Shown here piece by piece: positions 1 to 9,197 of a DNA stretch of 32,000 nt (its first letter is position 1; the number at the start of each line of letters is the position of its first letter). The DNA comes from Acaryochloris marina MBIC11017 (lineage in GTDB: Bacteria > Cyanobacteriota > Cyanobacteriia > Thermosynechococcales > Thermosynechococcaceae), in assembly GCF_000018105.1 (NCBI RefSeq), contig NC_009925.1, forward strand, positions 6,000,001 through 6,032,000, read 5' to 3'. The translations under genes and the position numbers were made by a program. The notes beneath the pieces are model-generated. The model was not told where the DNA came from. It did not search any database and worked only from the letters and a program-made list of their open reading frames with translations.

Positions 1-1096
1 GGGGAGACGAGTCTTTTTGAAGAGAAGTGGTATTGGATTGGGGTGCTAAATAAAAGATAAAGGGTTTGGACCGTCGGTCCACCGAAGATTCAACCACTTT
101 TGTAGGGGGCAAAGACGCTTCCAGGGAACTCTGCACTTGCCCCGGTAACGGTAACGTCGAAGCTTTGGGGAGAGTCGTTGCTGTGGCGCTGGCCCCTGGA
201 GTTGGGACCGTCCTGGATAACACTTTTAGGGCTGCTTCTGCCGATTGATAGCGGTTTGAGGCTTCTTTCTGTAAAAGCTGACTCAAAACCTGTCTTAGCA
301 AGGGACTGAGGGGCTGGGAAACATAGGAATACCATGACTCTAGCCAACTGTACCCGAGTTCCGTTGCCAAAGTGGATGGAGAGGTTTGGCTTAATAGATA
401 AAAACAGCTCGCGCCTAATCCGAACAAATCACCGCTAGGGGTGGCAATGCCTAATCGCATTTGCTCAAAAGGGGCAAAGCCAGGTGAACCTAAGACAGTT
501 CCAGATAGCTCTTTCGCAGGATCAGGGATAGGTTTAGCAACGCCAAAATCGATCAGCACATATTTCCCAGTTCCAGGAATATGCATAATATTATCGGGCT
601 TAATATCTCGATGAATAACGCCGCGTTCATGGATGTATTGCAGAACTGGAAGCAGATTAAGCAATATTTGCTCAATCTGTTCCCCAGAAAAAGGGCCCTG
701 ATGCTCTAGGAGCTGCTTTAAATTTTTCCCTTCTATGTACTGCTGGATCAGATACAGACAGCCTTCGTCTTCAAAATAGCCCAGTAAAGCAGGGATTTGA
801 GGGTGAGTCCCCAGTTGCTGGAGCTGTTGGGCTTCCCCTTCAAAGAGCTGAATGGCTTTTTGTTTCATCCAGGCATTGGTGGATTGGAAGGTGAGCTGCT
901 TTACAACACAACGCTCATTCAGGTTATCCGTATCATGGGCCAGAAAAGTCCGGCCAAACCCCCCTTTCCCTAAAAGTTTGATAACTTTATAGCGGTTTCT
1001 GAGTAACGCGGATAGGGGTGCACCACATCGTTGGCAGTAGTGATCTCCATCGTGGTTTTGGGGCTGATTGCAGGTAGGGCTGAGGCAACAGATCAT
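1..1096 (-). CDS. Hanks-type serine/threonine protein kinase with an N-terminal Cys-rich zinc-ribbon-like segment. Partial: the C-terminus lies beyond the left edge.
   Basis: I translated the minus strand by hand from the ATG at 1096..1094. The frame stays open to position 2, so it has no stop and is absent from the ORF track. The N-terminus is MICCLSPTCNQPQNHDGDHYCQRCGAPL. Kinase motifs follow: GKGGFGRTF (Gly loop), VVKQL (catalytic Lys), HRDIKPDN (catalytic loop), DFG, and GSPGFAPFEQ (APE-like). Confidence 0.85.
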   Translation of the reverse strand, partial: MICCLSPTCNQPQNHDGDHYCQRCGAPLSALLRNRYKVIKLLGKGGFGRTFLAHDTDNLNERCVVKQLTFQSTNAWMKQKAIQLFEGEAQQLQQLGTHPQIPALLGYFEDEGCLYLIQQYIEGKNLKQLLEHQGPFSGEQIEQILLNLLPVLQYIHERGVIHRDIKPDNIMHIPGTGKYVLIDFGVAKPIPDPAKELSGTVLGSPGFAPFEQMRLGIATPSGDLFGLGASCFYLLSQTSPSTLATELGYSWLESWYSYVSQPLSPLLRQVLSQLLQKEASNRYQSAEAALKVLSRTVPTPGASATATTLPKASTLPLPGQVQSSLEASLPPTKVVESSVDRRSKPFIFYLAPQSNTTSLQKDSSP

Positions 1097-1250
1097 GTTG
1101 CAACATCGAAAGTATGAGGAACCATACTCAATTCTAACTTTCTACTCATCCGGACCTTGTAGCCTAGGCACTGAATCCTTATTATTATGCATCTTATACA
1201 TGCCAGGCCTTCAGCATGGCTGGGGAAAGAAGGTGGCCTTGATCGCCACT

Positions 1251-2555
1251 TCACAAGCTCTTGGCTCTAAAATACTGTCTCGATAAGGTTTGATAGGATT
1301 GCGATCGCATCGCCAATACGGTCATCATCAATCCCACCAGTCCTGTCACCGTAAACAATAGGGCGATTCCCCGAGCCCGACCCGTTCCAAACCAGGGACC
1401 CAGGAGTTCGACCCCAGCCCCCGTGGTCATAAACGGAATAAACAGGAGCTGGGCAATAGGGCCCACCATAAATGCAGTCAAGGGGGAAGCCGCTTGCTCA
1501 ATACTTTGGGCAAAGCCAAACACCCGCCCCTGGCGCTCAAGGGGGATCACTGTTTGCAAGATGGTTTGTTCGGCCGCTTCCACCACAGGGGTTAGACACA
1601 GATACACAAAAGACCCCATCGCCAACAGTACAATTGATGCCTGAATGGTAAAAAAGATGGCCACTCCCCATATGCCTAGGTTGGCCAGAAATAGGGTTCG
1701 CAGGGGACTTTTCCCCAAGCCACAGCGAGCCACCCCAATCCCACCCACAATAAAGCCCAAGCTTAAAAATCCCCATAAAATCCCCCAAACCTGAACAGAT
1801 ACTAGGGATAGTCCATAGGCATCCATTAAAGACATAAAGACACCACCTAAAAAGTTGTTGATGGTATTGAAGAAAATTAAGGCGAATAGACCTGGGACAA
1901 GATAAATCGATCGAATCGTACCCCGAAGATCAACGTTTCGAGTTTCTGACTCAGTTTGCAGGATATTCTGCTCAGGTATGGGGATTGCTGCAAGTTGAAG
2001 GATGGCCAACAAGGTCAATGCGATCGCAATTCCCAACATCCACTTCACACCTAAATAACCAATCACCAATCCACTGAAGGTAGACGCCACCAAAAATGAA
2101 ACGCCATTAATGGTGCCCACAAGACCATTAGCCTGATCTCGTTTAGATTTATGGACCAAAAGCGTCACTAAAGTCGGGAGAGCAATGGATCGTAAATTAC
2201 CTGCGATTACACCTGCTAATGCTAGAAGAATAAATCCCCAGAGTCTGGGGTTTGCAGGATTGGTAAAGACTTCGACCTGTGAGAAAGCAATAACACTATA
2301 GGCCAACAGGTATAAAACTAGGGAGCAGAGGCTGGACAGCAACATCACGGTTTTCTTGTAATAGCGATCTACCAATGTCCCCAAGAAAAACCCAGAAATA
2401 GACACGGTAATTAAGTAGATGCCCGCCATCATCGACATCGCCACGACAGACTCTGTTTGCAAGTACACCCAAAACGTGGCCGCAAACCAAACAAAGGTAT
2501 TCGTCAACAGGGCAACCAGTGAGTTCACCAAAATGGCATAGAAAACTTTTGTCAT
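1251..2555 (-). CDS. MFS transporter (efflux-type, about 12 TM segments)
   Basis: The ORF track gives 1251..2627. The product is hydrophobic throughout and contains the MFS loop motif GTLVDRYYKKT. The likely real start is the ATG at 2555 (MTKVFYAILVN...), because the upstream 24 codons look non-membrane. Confidence 0.8.
   Translation of the reverse strand: MTKVFYAILVNSLVALLTNTFVWFAATFWVYLQTESVVAMSMMAGIYLITVSISGFFLGTLVDRYYKKTVMLLSSLCSLVLYLLAYSVIAFSQVEVFTNPANPRLWGFILLALAGVIAGNLRSIALPTLVTLLVHKSKRDQANGLVGTINGVSFLVASTFSGLVIGYLGVKWMLGIAIALTLLAILQLAAIPIPEQNILQTESETRNVDLRGTIRSIYLVPGLFALIFFNTINNFLGGVFMSLMDAYGLSLVSVQVWGILWGFLSLGFIVGGIGVARCGLGKSPLRTLFLANLGIWGVAIFFTIQASIVLLAMGSFVYLCLTPVVEAAEQTILQTVIPLERQGRVFGFAQSIEQAASPLTAFMVGPIAQLLFIPFMTTGAGVELLGPWFGTGRARGIALLFTVTGLVGLMMTVLAMRSQSYQTLSRQYFRAKSL
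1301..1308. repeat. HIP1 octamer GCGATCGC (representative copy of a dispersed repeat)
   Basis: I located at least 20 copies by eye across the window (coordinates in the summary), often within extended palindromes such as GTGCGATCGCAC (15891..15902). This is a hallmark of many cyanobacterial genomes. Confidence 0.9.
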
Positions 2556-3070
2556 GAATCCAACTTGCGATCGCGTAAATCTTGGGCAGAATGGTCTGAG
2601 TGCTATGGCAGTAATTGCTTCCAGCACAGTTCATATGTTGAAAATGGCACGCCACCAGCTCTGTTTGGGGAAGAAGAAGTGCTTCCCTCCCCCCCTCGTT
2701 CAAAGTGAGATTTGCCACACAATTAAAGTCGGTGGAAAGTAGGTGCTGACACTTTGAACCTCATCGGCCTAATCAGACTAGGAGCCTTATCCAAACAAGC
2801 CTGTAAGAGCAGGGCTAGAAATACTAAACGAAAAAATAATATAGTACAATTATACTATAAAAAAGAGTTAGCAGGAAAGCCAACCCCACAAAATTCAATG
2901 CAATGTATTGCCTACGCTTATCTGCAATCGTGATATATCCTATTCACTCTCTATTCAATAAAAAATCATATATAAGCTACAGCGTTGTACGGTATGAGTT
3001 CCTCTTGATAAAACTAACTTTTCGTTAGACTGGAAATGAAAATCTGGCCTTCTTCACTTTCTCAATACTG

Positions 3071-3472
3071 GTGGGTATCCTGATGAATTGGCGTTCAAAA
3101 TCAGCAGTTCTATTGCTAGGGTCTTGTTTATGTTTTTCACCTTCTTTATCACTGGCTCAGGAGAAAAATAGCCCATCTCCAAAAGCCTCAGATATACAGG
3201 ACACTTCTCCTGCTTCTCTATCAGATCAGCAATCAGAAACCTCTTACTCTAACCAAGATCTCTGTCAAATCAGTAAGAAATTATCAAAGACTGCCCAGTC
3301 AAATCCACAATCCAATTCAGGCCCAAATTCAGTACTTTTGGATTCACCCAATAATGGAAGAATTCGAAAGGGTTTTCCACTCACTAAAGTGTTAGGTTCT
3401 CTCTCAGAGAATGATAATCAAGACCAATCTACAACACCAAAACCTAAACCTAAATCTGACAGCTGCAATTAG
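3071..3472 (+). CDS. Small secreted low-complexity (Ser/Pro/Gln/Asn-rich) hypothetical protein
   Basis: The ORF starts at a GTG at 3071, with an in-frame ATG at 3083 (MNWRSKSAVLLLGSCLCFSPSLSLAQE, signal-peptide-like). The rest is polar and low complexity. It sits after a very AT-rich 320-bp spacer. I recognise no homology. Confidence 0.45.
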   Translation: MGILMNWRSKSAVLLLGSCLCFSPSLSLAQEKNSPSPKASDIQDTSPASLSDQQSETSYSNQDLCQISKKLSKTAQSNPQSNSGPNSVLLDSPNNGRIRKGFPLTKVLGSLSENDNQDQSTTPKPKPKSDSCN

Positions 3473-3588
3473 GATTATGAATAGGTCTTAACTCATAAAT
3501 TCAATCTTTTTTTACCTTCTATAATTTCCATCCAGACTAGATCGATAAAGAACTTGAAAGGTAATAGTCGTCAAGGCTAAAATTCATT

Positions 3589-4950
3589 TCAAGCTCTTGT
3601 TGCTCGATTCGCAGTATTCCGCTCCACATCCCGCAGCTTCTTCCCTCGCCAGAGTAGACGAATCGGGGTACCTGTAAAGTCTAAATTTTCTCGGAATTGT
3701 CGTTCGATATAGCGACGATAATTGTCTTTGAAATGGTCAGGATTGTTCACAAACAGAGCAATCGTCGGTGGTTGACTGCTGACTTGGGTTCCGTAGTAAA
3801 TTTTGCCTTGCCGTCCTTGACGAGTGGTTGGAGGTGTATGCCAGCTCACCGCTTCTTCCAAGACCTCATTAATCACCGAAGTGGTTACCCGCTGTTCAAA
3901 CTGTCGAGCAGCCGTATCCACCAAGTTCAGAATTTTTTCCACCCGTTGCCCGGTCTGAGCACTGACAAAAATCATCTCTGCCCATTCCATAAAATTGAGA
4001 CGAGATCGAATTTGTTTGCTGAATTCATTGATGGTGTAGGTGTCTTTCGTGACGGCATCCCATTTATTCACCACCAAAACACAAGCGCGACCATCATCAA
4101 TAATGCGGCCAGCTAGCTTCTGATCCTGTTCTGTAACGCCATCCAAGGCATCAATCACAAACAATACGACTTGCGATCGCCGGATTGCTTTAAACGCTCG
4201 ATTAATGCCAAAGAACTCCGGCCCATAGGAGACATTCTTCTTGCGACGAATGCCTGCTGTATCAATAAAGCGGTAGGTTTGCTCACCCCTTCGGACCACC
4301 ATATCAATGGTATCGCGGGTTGTACCGGAGATGGGACTCACAATCGAGCGATTCTCGCCCACAAAGGCATTGAGCAAGCTGGATTTACCCACATTCGGGC
4401 GTCCCACCAACGCCACCTTAATCTCCGGTTCATCCTCAGATTCAGGGGTTTCGGAAAAATACTCCACCACTTGATCGAGGAGATCGCCAGTGCCATTACC
4501 GTGAATGCCTGAGACCGGTAACGGTTCGTCTAAGGACAATTCCCAAAACTGGGCCGCTTGAGTGATGCCTTGTTCTGGGGATTCGCATTTATTGACCGCC
4601 AACAGCACAGGGGTATCTTGCTGCCGCAGCCAATGGGCAATCTCATGATCTGCGGGGGTGGGGCCAGCTTGTCCATCTACCACCATCACCACCACGGTGG
4701 CTTCCGCTAGGGCAATCATGACTTGCTGCCGAATAAAGGGAAGGAATTCCGTTTGGTCATCAAACACCAGTCCGCCAGTATCCACTAGGGAAAAATCTCG
4801 GCCATTCCAGAGAGCTGGACGATAGGTGCGATCGCGGGTCACTCCTGGCGAATCATGAACAATCGCATCCATCATCCCCGTCAGTCGATTGACGAGGGTT
4901 GACTTACCCACATTTGGGCGACCAACAATGGCAACAATGGGTAACCCCAT
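3589..4950 (-). CDS. der: Ribosome-biogenesis GTPase Der (EngA), with two tandem GTPase domains and a KH-like C-terminus
   Basis: There are two P-loops, [10 protein letters not shown] (N-terminal) and [10 protein letters not shown] (second domain). Both domains carry DTGG/DTAG and NKxD motifs. The 453-aa length is typical of EngA. Confidence 0.95.
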   Translation of the reverse strand: MGLPIVAIVGRPNVGKSTLVNRLTGMMDAIVHDSPGVTRDRTYRPALWNGRDFSLVDTGGLVFDDQTEFLPFIRQQVMIALAEATVVVMVVDGQAGPTPADHEIAHWLRQQDTPVLLAVNKCESPEQGITQAAQFWELSLDEPLPVSGIHGNGTGDLLDQVVEYFSETPESEDEPEIKVALVGRPNVGKSSLLNAFVGENRSIVSPISGTTRDTIDMVVRRGEQTYRFIDTAGIRRKKNVSYGPEFFGINRAFKAIRRSQVVLFVIDALDGVTEQDQKLAGRIIDDGRACVLVVNKWDAVTKDTYTINEFSKQIRSRLNFMEWAEMIFVSAQTGQRVEKILNLVDTAARQFEQRVTTSVINEVLEEAVSWHTPPTTRQGRQGKIYYGTQVSSQPPTIALFVNNPDHFKDNYRRYIERQFRENLDFTGTPIRLLWRGKKLRDVERNTANRATRA

Positions 4951-4990
4951 ACTGATATCCCTATTTCTAAATAAATTGAATGATTACCGC

Positions 4991-5545
4991 TTACTTGGTT
5001 GAGGCGGCATGGGGTAGTTCTTCAGGCGCAGGTTCGGGCAAAACCCCCATCCGCACTTCAGAATACCAAGTCGCTTGATACAGTTGATTCGCCTGTTTTA
5101 ATAGACTGATGCGTAAACGCAAATTAGGGCTGGCGAACCATACCCGTTCCTCCAAATGAAATTGATCTTGGGTTCCTGCGAGAATCAGTCTCTGATCACC
5201 ATCAATTTGAAAATTGAGTCGCATCAAAGGGGCTGTACCCACTTGTTGCAGTATTTCTCCTTGATGGGGTGTGTTTGATAGTGCGACCAACAACAACTCC
5301 CCCGTTTCTTGGGGCTGAACCTGAAACCCCTGTTCTTTCCAAGAAATTTTAGCGGCACACTGAGCCACCGTTGGATCAACATCGGCAGCGTTGCACAACT
5401 CCAAAACCGCTCTATCTTCCAAGCTCAGTTGTTCCATCCAAAGCTGCGCTGATTGGGCCTCAGAGGATAAATTTCCCATCTGATGGCATGTGCGCTGCGT
5501 AAACCATCGGCCGCAACTTTGTTGAATAAATGCCTGGATGTCCAT
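4991..5545 (-). CDS. CpcS/CpeS-family phycobiliprotein bilin lyase
   Basis: The N-terminal signature FIQQSCGRWFTQRTCH matches the CpcS pattern (F..S.G.W.SQRT.H). The C-terminal ERVWFASPNLRLRISLLK ... YSEVRM matches the conserved CpcS lipocalin-like C-terminus. I cannot assign the subfamily (S, U or V). Confidence 0.75.
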   Translation of the reverse strand: MDIQAFIQQSCGRWFTQRTCHQMGNLSSEAQSAQLWMEQLSLEDRAVLELCNAADVDPTVAQCAAKISWKEQGFQVQPQETGELLLVALSNTPHQGEILQQVGTAPLMRLNFQIDGDQRLILAGTQDQFHLEERVWFASPNLRLRISLLKQANQLYQATWYSEVRMGVLPEPAPEELPHAASTK

Positions 5546-5621
5546 GAAACTGTGAGGGTGGGCAATCCCCTAATTTTAGGACATTGTTCCCCCTGGTATC
5601 GAATTTCAGTTGAGGAAACCC

Positions 5622-6467
5622 TCACGAACACAGATATTCGGCATGGAATTTGATGTGATCTCCGATAAAACTGGCGATGAAATAGTAGCTATGGTCATAG
5701 CCTGGCTGCATTCTCAGGGTTAAGGGGCGCTGGGCTTGTTCACAGGCTTCCTGTAAGAGATGAGGCCGCAATTGTTCTTCAAGAAAAGAGTCCGCTGAGC
5801 CTTGATCCACTAACAGAGGGCGGTCATCTTGGTAATGATGTACCAACTCACAGGCATCGTATTGCTTCCAAGTTTCCATATCCACGCCCAAATAATTGGA
5901 GAAGATTTTATGGCCCCAAGGGCAGCGGGTCGGAGCCACGATGGGGGCAAAGGCGGAAATGGACCGATAGCGATCGCGATTCCGTAACCCACAGACTAAG
6001 GCCCCATGGCCGCCCATGGAATGACCACACACGCTCTGCCGCTCATTGGCCGGAAAGAACTGGGCAATTAGTGCTGGTAACTCTTCGACAACATAGTCAT
6101 ACATGTGATAATGCTTGGCCCAAGGTTCCGCCGTTGCATTCACATAAAACCCCGCCCCGGTCCCTATATCCCAATCTTCTTCTGCACCTGGGGTTTCGCC
6201 ATCTCGTGGACTGGTATCCGGTGCCACTAGCATCACACCATATTCAGCCGCATATCGCTGGGCACCCGCCTTGGTGACAAAATTCTCTTCTGTACAGGTG
6301 AGTCCCGATAAAAAGTAGAGCACGGGCACTGGACCTGTCTTCGCCTGGGGGGGCTGATAGACGGCAAAGTTCATGGGAGTTTGGCAGGTTTGGGAGTCAT
6401 GGCTGTAGAATCCCATGGTGCCGCCAAAACAGACAGTCTCCTGACGACAGGTGAACGATACTGACAT
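5622..6467 (-). CDS. fghA: S-formylglutathione hydrolase (esterase D family)
   Basis: The 281-aa product has the nucleophile elbow GHSMGGHGAL, plus YFLSGLTCTEENF and GYDHSYYFI, which are characteristic of the FghA/esterase D family. Confidence 0.9.
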   Translation of the reverse strand: MSVSFTCRQETVCFGGTMGFYSHDSQTCQTPMNFAVYQPPQAKTGPVPVLYFLSGLTCTEENFVTKAGAQRYAAEYGVMLVAPDTSPRDGETPGAEEDWDIGTGAGFYVNATAEPWAKHYHMYDYVVEELPALIAQFFPANERQSVCGHSMGGHGALVCGLRNRDRYRSISAFAPIVAPTRCPWGHKIFSNYLGVDMETWKQYDACELVHHYQDDRPLLVDQGSADSFLEEQLRPHLLQEACEQAQRPLTLRMQPGYDHSYYFIASFIGDHIKFHAEYLCS

Positions 6468-7114
6468 AGATGCAATCTAGAGCAACTTCGCCATTATGGA
6501 GGATGGAGATGCGATCGCATCCCGAATCACCAGATTGTTTACCTCAATTTACGAATCGCAAATTCGCCCACTATTACTGCTGACCCTGAGATTAGGCGAG
6601 CCTAATTGTTACCGCTTTCACGACTGGCGGTTTGGGGATAGAGCCAAGATCAAAAAACGCAGGGCGCAAATAGGGCCGTCGCGATTAATCCCAGGTCATT
6701 CGTTTCCATCGCAGCTTAAGGGTAAAAACCTCTGTCCTGCGTCCCTTTAGCTAAATCAATCAACTCAAACCTGCACAGCAGGTCGATTGACTCCGAGCGT
6801 TTGTGAACCTGATTCTTATTCTGAAGAATCAAATTTAGATTCATCTGCAAAGACAGGTTAAGCTTCACATTTTTCTCGATTAAGGTTTGATTATGGTTGG
6901 TTCAATAACTGCTCCCGAATCAAGTTTTTCAACCCTAGCCAAACCGTTCGGGAATCGCCCTAAAACCCAGTTCAATCACCCCAAATTGGCTATTACTCAG
7001 TTCTCAAATCAGCATCCAGAACACTATCTCAATAAAAAATAAACTTACTGACGGTCGTCACCATCTTCAGGTAGTCTGATAGCAACCCTTCCCGCTGAGG
7101 GAGCTACACCCAGA

Positions 7115-8242
7115 ATGCAAATAGATTTCCATAACGGTGTCACCTATATCGTGGCCCGTTTGGCTGGGTTCGATCACCCAGAAGCCGATGTCATTGCCCA
7201 CTGCGCTCAATATGTCGATGACGCCACAAATTCTGGCTTAATTCGCTTTAACAATGGCACCGTATTTAATCACATTAGTTCTGCCCATAAACTGCTGGAT
7301 TATCGAAATTTTCGCCAGCTCGCAAACTATCAAGTTTGGATTCCGTTTCATTTTTTACCAGGGAATGAAGGACTGGCCGCTCATCAGAACCCCAATGGCA
7401 CTTTTATCAATAAACTAATCTGCCGCCCTAACAGCCATGTGGCCCAGGATATGTTGCGAGAATGCATCCAGCTCCACCAGACCCATCATGGTCTGTATCG
7501 GCTGGGTATTGCTATGCATGTCTATGCCGATACTTGGGCTCACCAAGGGTTTGCTGGTGTTAACCATCAGGTCAATGAAGCCACCAAACTAATCGACTCC
7601 CGAGGCAACCTTGATCGCAAATTCACTAAAAAAGTCAAGTCCTACTTCAAAAAGAACCTGGTCGACAATCTCACAGGCCATCTGCTCAGTGAAGTCTTCC
7701 CCCTGGGGCATGGAGCAGTCTTAGGGCATCCCGACAAGCCGTTTCTGAAATGGGGCTATACCAACGGCCTGAACGAGAAAATTATCAGAAACAACCCGAC
7801 AGACTATCTTGAAGCCGCCGATCATATGTGTCAGTGGTTGCGACGCTACCGATTAGGGGATCCAAACGCCCTTGTCCCCGGACTGCCTGCAGCGGATAAA
7901 GCTGTAATTGCCGAGCATTTACAATCTATCCACCATAAGGATGATGAGGTGCGATATCGGCAGTGGCTAGACATAATCAACCAGGGGCGATTTAGTTTTG
8001 GCAGTGCCCATCTTTCCTACATTCATAAAGGCATAGGCTCTTGGAAACATGATGCGATTGGCACAGAAGCCTTCTTGGATACTGGCGAAGAAGTCTTTCA
8101 GTATTACCCCAGTTTTCTTGAAAGCCATTGGAAACGGTTCCACGAAGCCTTAATCGCCCATCGCTCCTATATTGTCGATACATTGCTTCCCCAGTACGAC
8201 ATTCATGTAGGGGGGAATAAAGCTGTTAAATTAACCCGCTGA
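7115..8242 (+). CDS. Conserved hypothetical protein with His/Asp-rich motifs (possible metal-dependent hydrolase fold)
   Basis: This is a 375-aa ORF with ordinary-looking composition. Motifs include DFHNGVTY, AQYVDDATNSG, HVYADTWAHQGF and GHGAVLGHPDKPF. I cannot place it in a named family with confidence. Confidence 0.6.
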   Translation: MQIDFHNGVTYIVARLAGFDHPEADVIAHCAQYVDDATNSGLIRFNNGTVFNHISSAHKLLDYRNFRQLANYQVWIPFHFLPGNEGLAAHQNPNGTFINKLICRPNSHVAQDMLRECIQLHQTHHGLYRLGIAMHVYADTWAHQGFAGVNHQVNEATKLIDSRGNLDRKFTKKVKSYFKKNLVDNLTGHLLSEVFPLGHGAVLGHPDKPFLKWGYTNGLNEKIIRNNPTDYLEAADHMCQWLRRYRLGDPNALVPGLPAADKAVIAEHLQSIHHKDDEVRYRQWLDIINQGRFSFGSAHLSYIHKGIGSWKHDAIGTEAFLDTGEEVFQYYPSFLESHWKRFHEALIAHRSYIVDTLLPQYDIHVGGNKAVKLTR

Positions 8243-9121
8243 CACCAGTAAAGTTTTGGCAACCACCTGCAGGAGATCCTGATGGACCGTCGCCGAGGTG
8301 GCTACAATCAGGCCCGGTCTTTGGTAATTTTGGCTGGTATGTAAGGGCGGCATCGGCTCTCCCGTTAAGGTGGTGACGATACAGCCTGCTTCCTGGGCTA
8401 GAAAGGCAATGGCGGCCCCGTCAATAAATTTGCCTGACTCCAGAATCGCCCCTGCTAGCTCTCCCTTGAGGATAGCGTTGATATTGGGGGCAAACTGCTC
8501 GTCGGAATAGGCCGTTTTTAAGTCGTTGATTTGGTAGGCAGGACCGACATCGGGAATCTGATCCGACAGTCCCCAACCCAAATAGATCAGGGGTTTGGGA
8601 TTCTCTATCTGTAGCTTCTGACACTGGTCTAAAGACGCATCTAACGGACCGGAAAAAGTACCCACGCCCCGCAAAGCATAGTAATAGCAATCCTGAGCTG
8701 GGGAAATGGCTAATACGGCCTCGTACTCATCATGGTTAAGAACGCCCACAATAATCTGATAATTATCATGGCCATCCAAGTAAAAGCGAGTGCCGTCAAT
8801 AGGATCGAGGGTAACTAGATAATCTCCTTCCGGTCCCAAATCAATGGAACGAAAATATTTGGTATTGGCGGTTTTTTCATACTCTTCCCCATAGAACCGG
8901 ATTTGAGGATAAGCCCCCAACAAGGCCACTTCCACAAAGGTTTGAATGGACAAATCGGCATCCGATAAGGCCGCCCCAAAATGATTTTGCTGATCCGTTT
9001 TTTCTGGGCAGGCGGCAATAACGGACTGAATATTTTTGGAATAGGCAGCGGCTAATCTTAAGGGCGGCAGTAATGTTTCTAGGATCTGCCGAGGCGTGGG
9101 TGAGTTAGACATAGTTTCCAT
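8231..9121 (-). CDS. Inositol monophosphatase / FBPase-like family phosphatase
   Basis: The metal-binding motifs FYGEEYE and VTLDPIDGTRFY match the IMPase signature E-E ... DP(I/L)DGT. The 3' end overlaps the convergent gene at 7115..8242 by 12 nt. Confidence 0.8.
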   Translation of the reverse strand: METMSNSPTPRQILETLLPPLRLAAAYSKNIQSVIAACPEKTDQQNHFGAALSDADLSIQTFVEVALLGAYPQIRFYGEEYEKTANTKYFRSIDLGPEGDYLVTLDPIDGTRFYLDGHDNYQIIVGVLNHDEYEAVLAISPAQDCYYYALRGVGTFSGPLDASLDQCQKLQIENPKPLIYLGWGLSDQIPDVGPAYQINDLKTAYSDEQFAPNINAILKGELAGAILESGKFIDGAAIAFLAQEAGCIVTTLTGEPMPPLHTSQNYQRPGLIVATSATVHQDLLQVVAKTLLVSAG

Positions 9122-9197
9122 CGTTTACGGGCAAACAACCCCTTCTTACCTTAACTAGGTTAACGTCAGGTATGGGACGGGTTATTGATAAGGTCTA

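Noticed and set aside
90-347. 85-aa minus-strand ORF in the ORF track
   Set aside because: It lies in an alternative frame of the same strand as the kinase gene, whose frame is open from 1096 to the window edge and carries all the kinase motifs. It is a frame shadow.
2840-2859. LexA-box-like reading of TATAGTACAATTATACTATA
   Set aside because: The left half (AGTAC) fits the cyanobacterial RGTACNNNDGTWCB consensus, but the right half lacks the required GT(A/T)C. It is kept only as an unexplained near-palindrome.
3697-4512. Plus-strand ORFs 3697..4116 and 4171..4512
   Set aside because: They are antisense to der, which has unambiguous GTPase motifs. These are typical shadow ORFs with no motifs.
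6496-6750. 84-aa plus-strand ORF between fghA and the His-rich protein gene
   Set aside because: The product is Arg/Leu-rich and odd-looking. It begins inside a HIP1 palindrome and has no recognisable motif or ribosome-binding context. It is probably intergenic.
6893-7042. 49-codon ORF (MVGSITAPESSFSTLAKPFGNRPKTQFNHPKLAITQFSNQHPEHYLNKK) upstream of 7115
   Set aside because: It is too short and featureless to support without homology or expression data. I note it only as a possible small protein.
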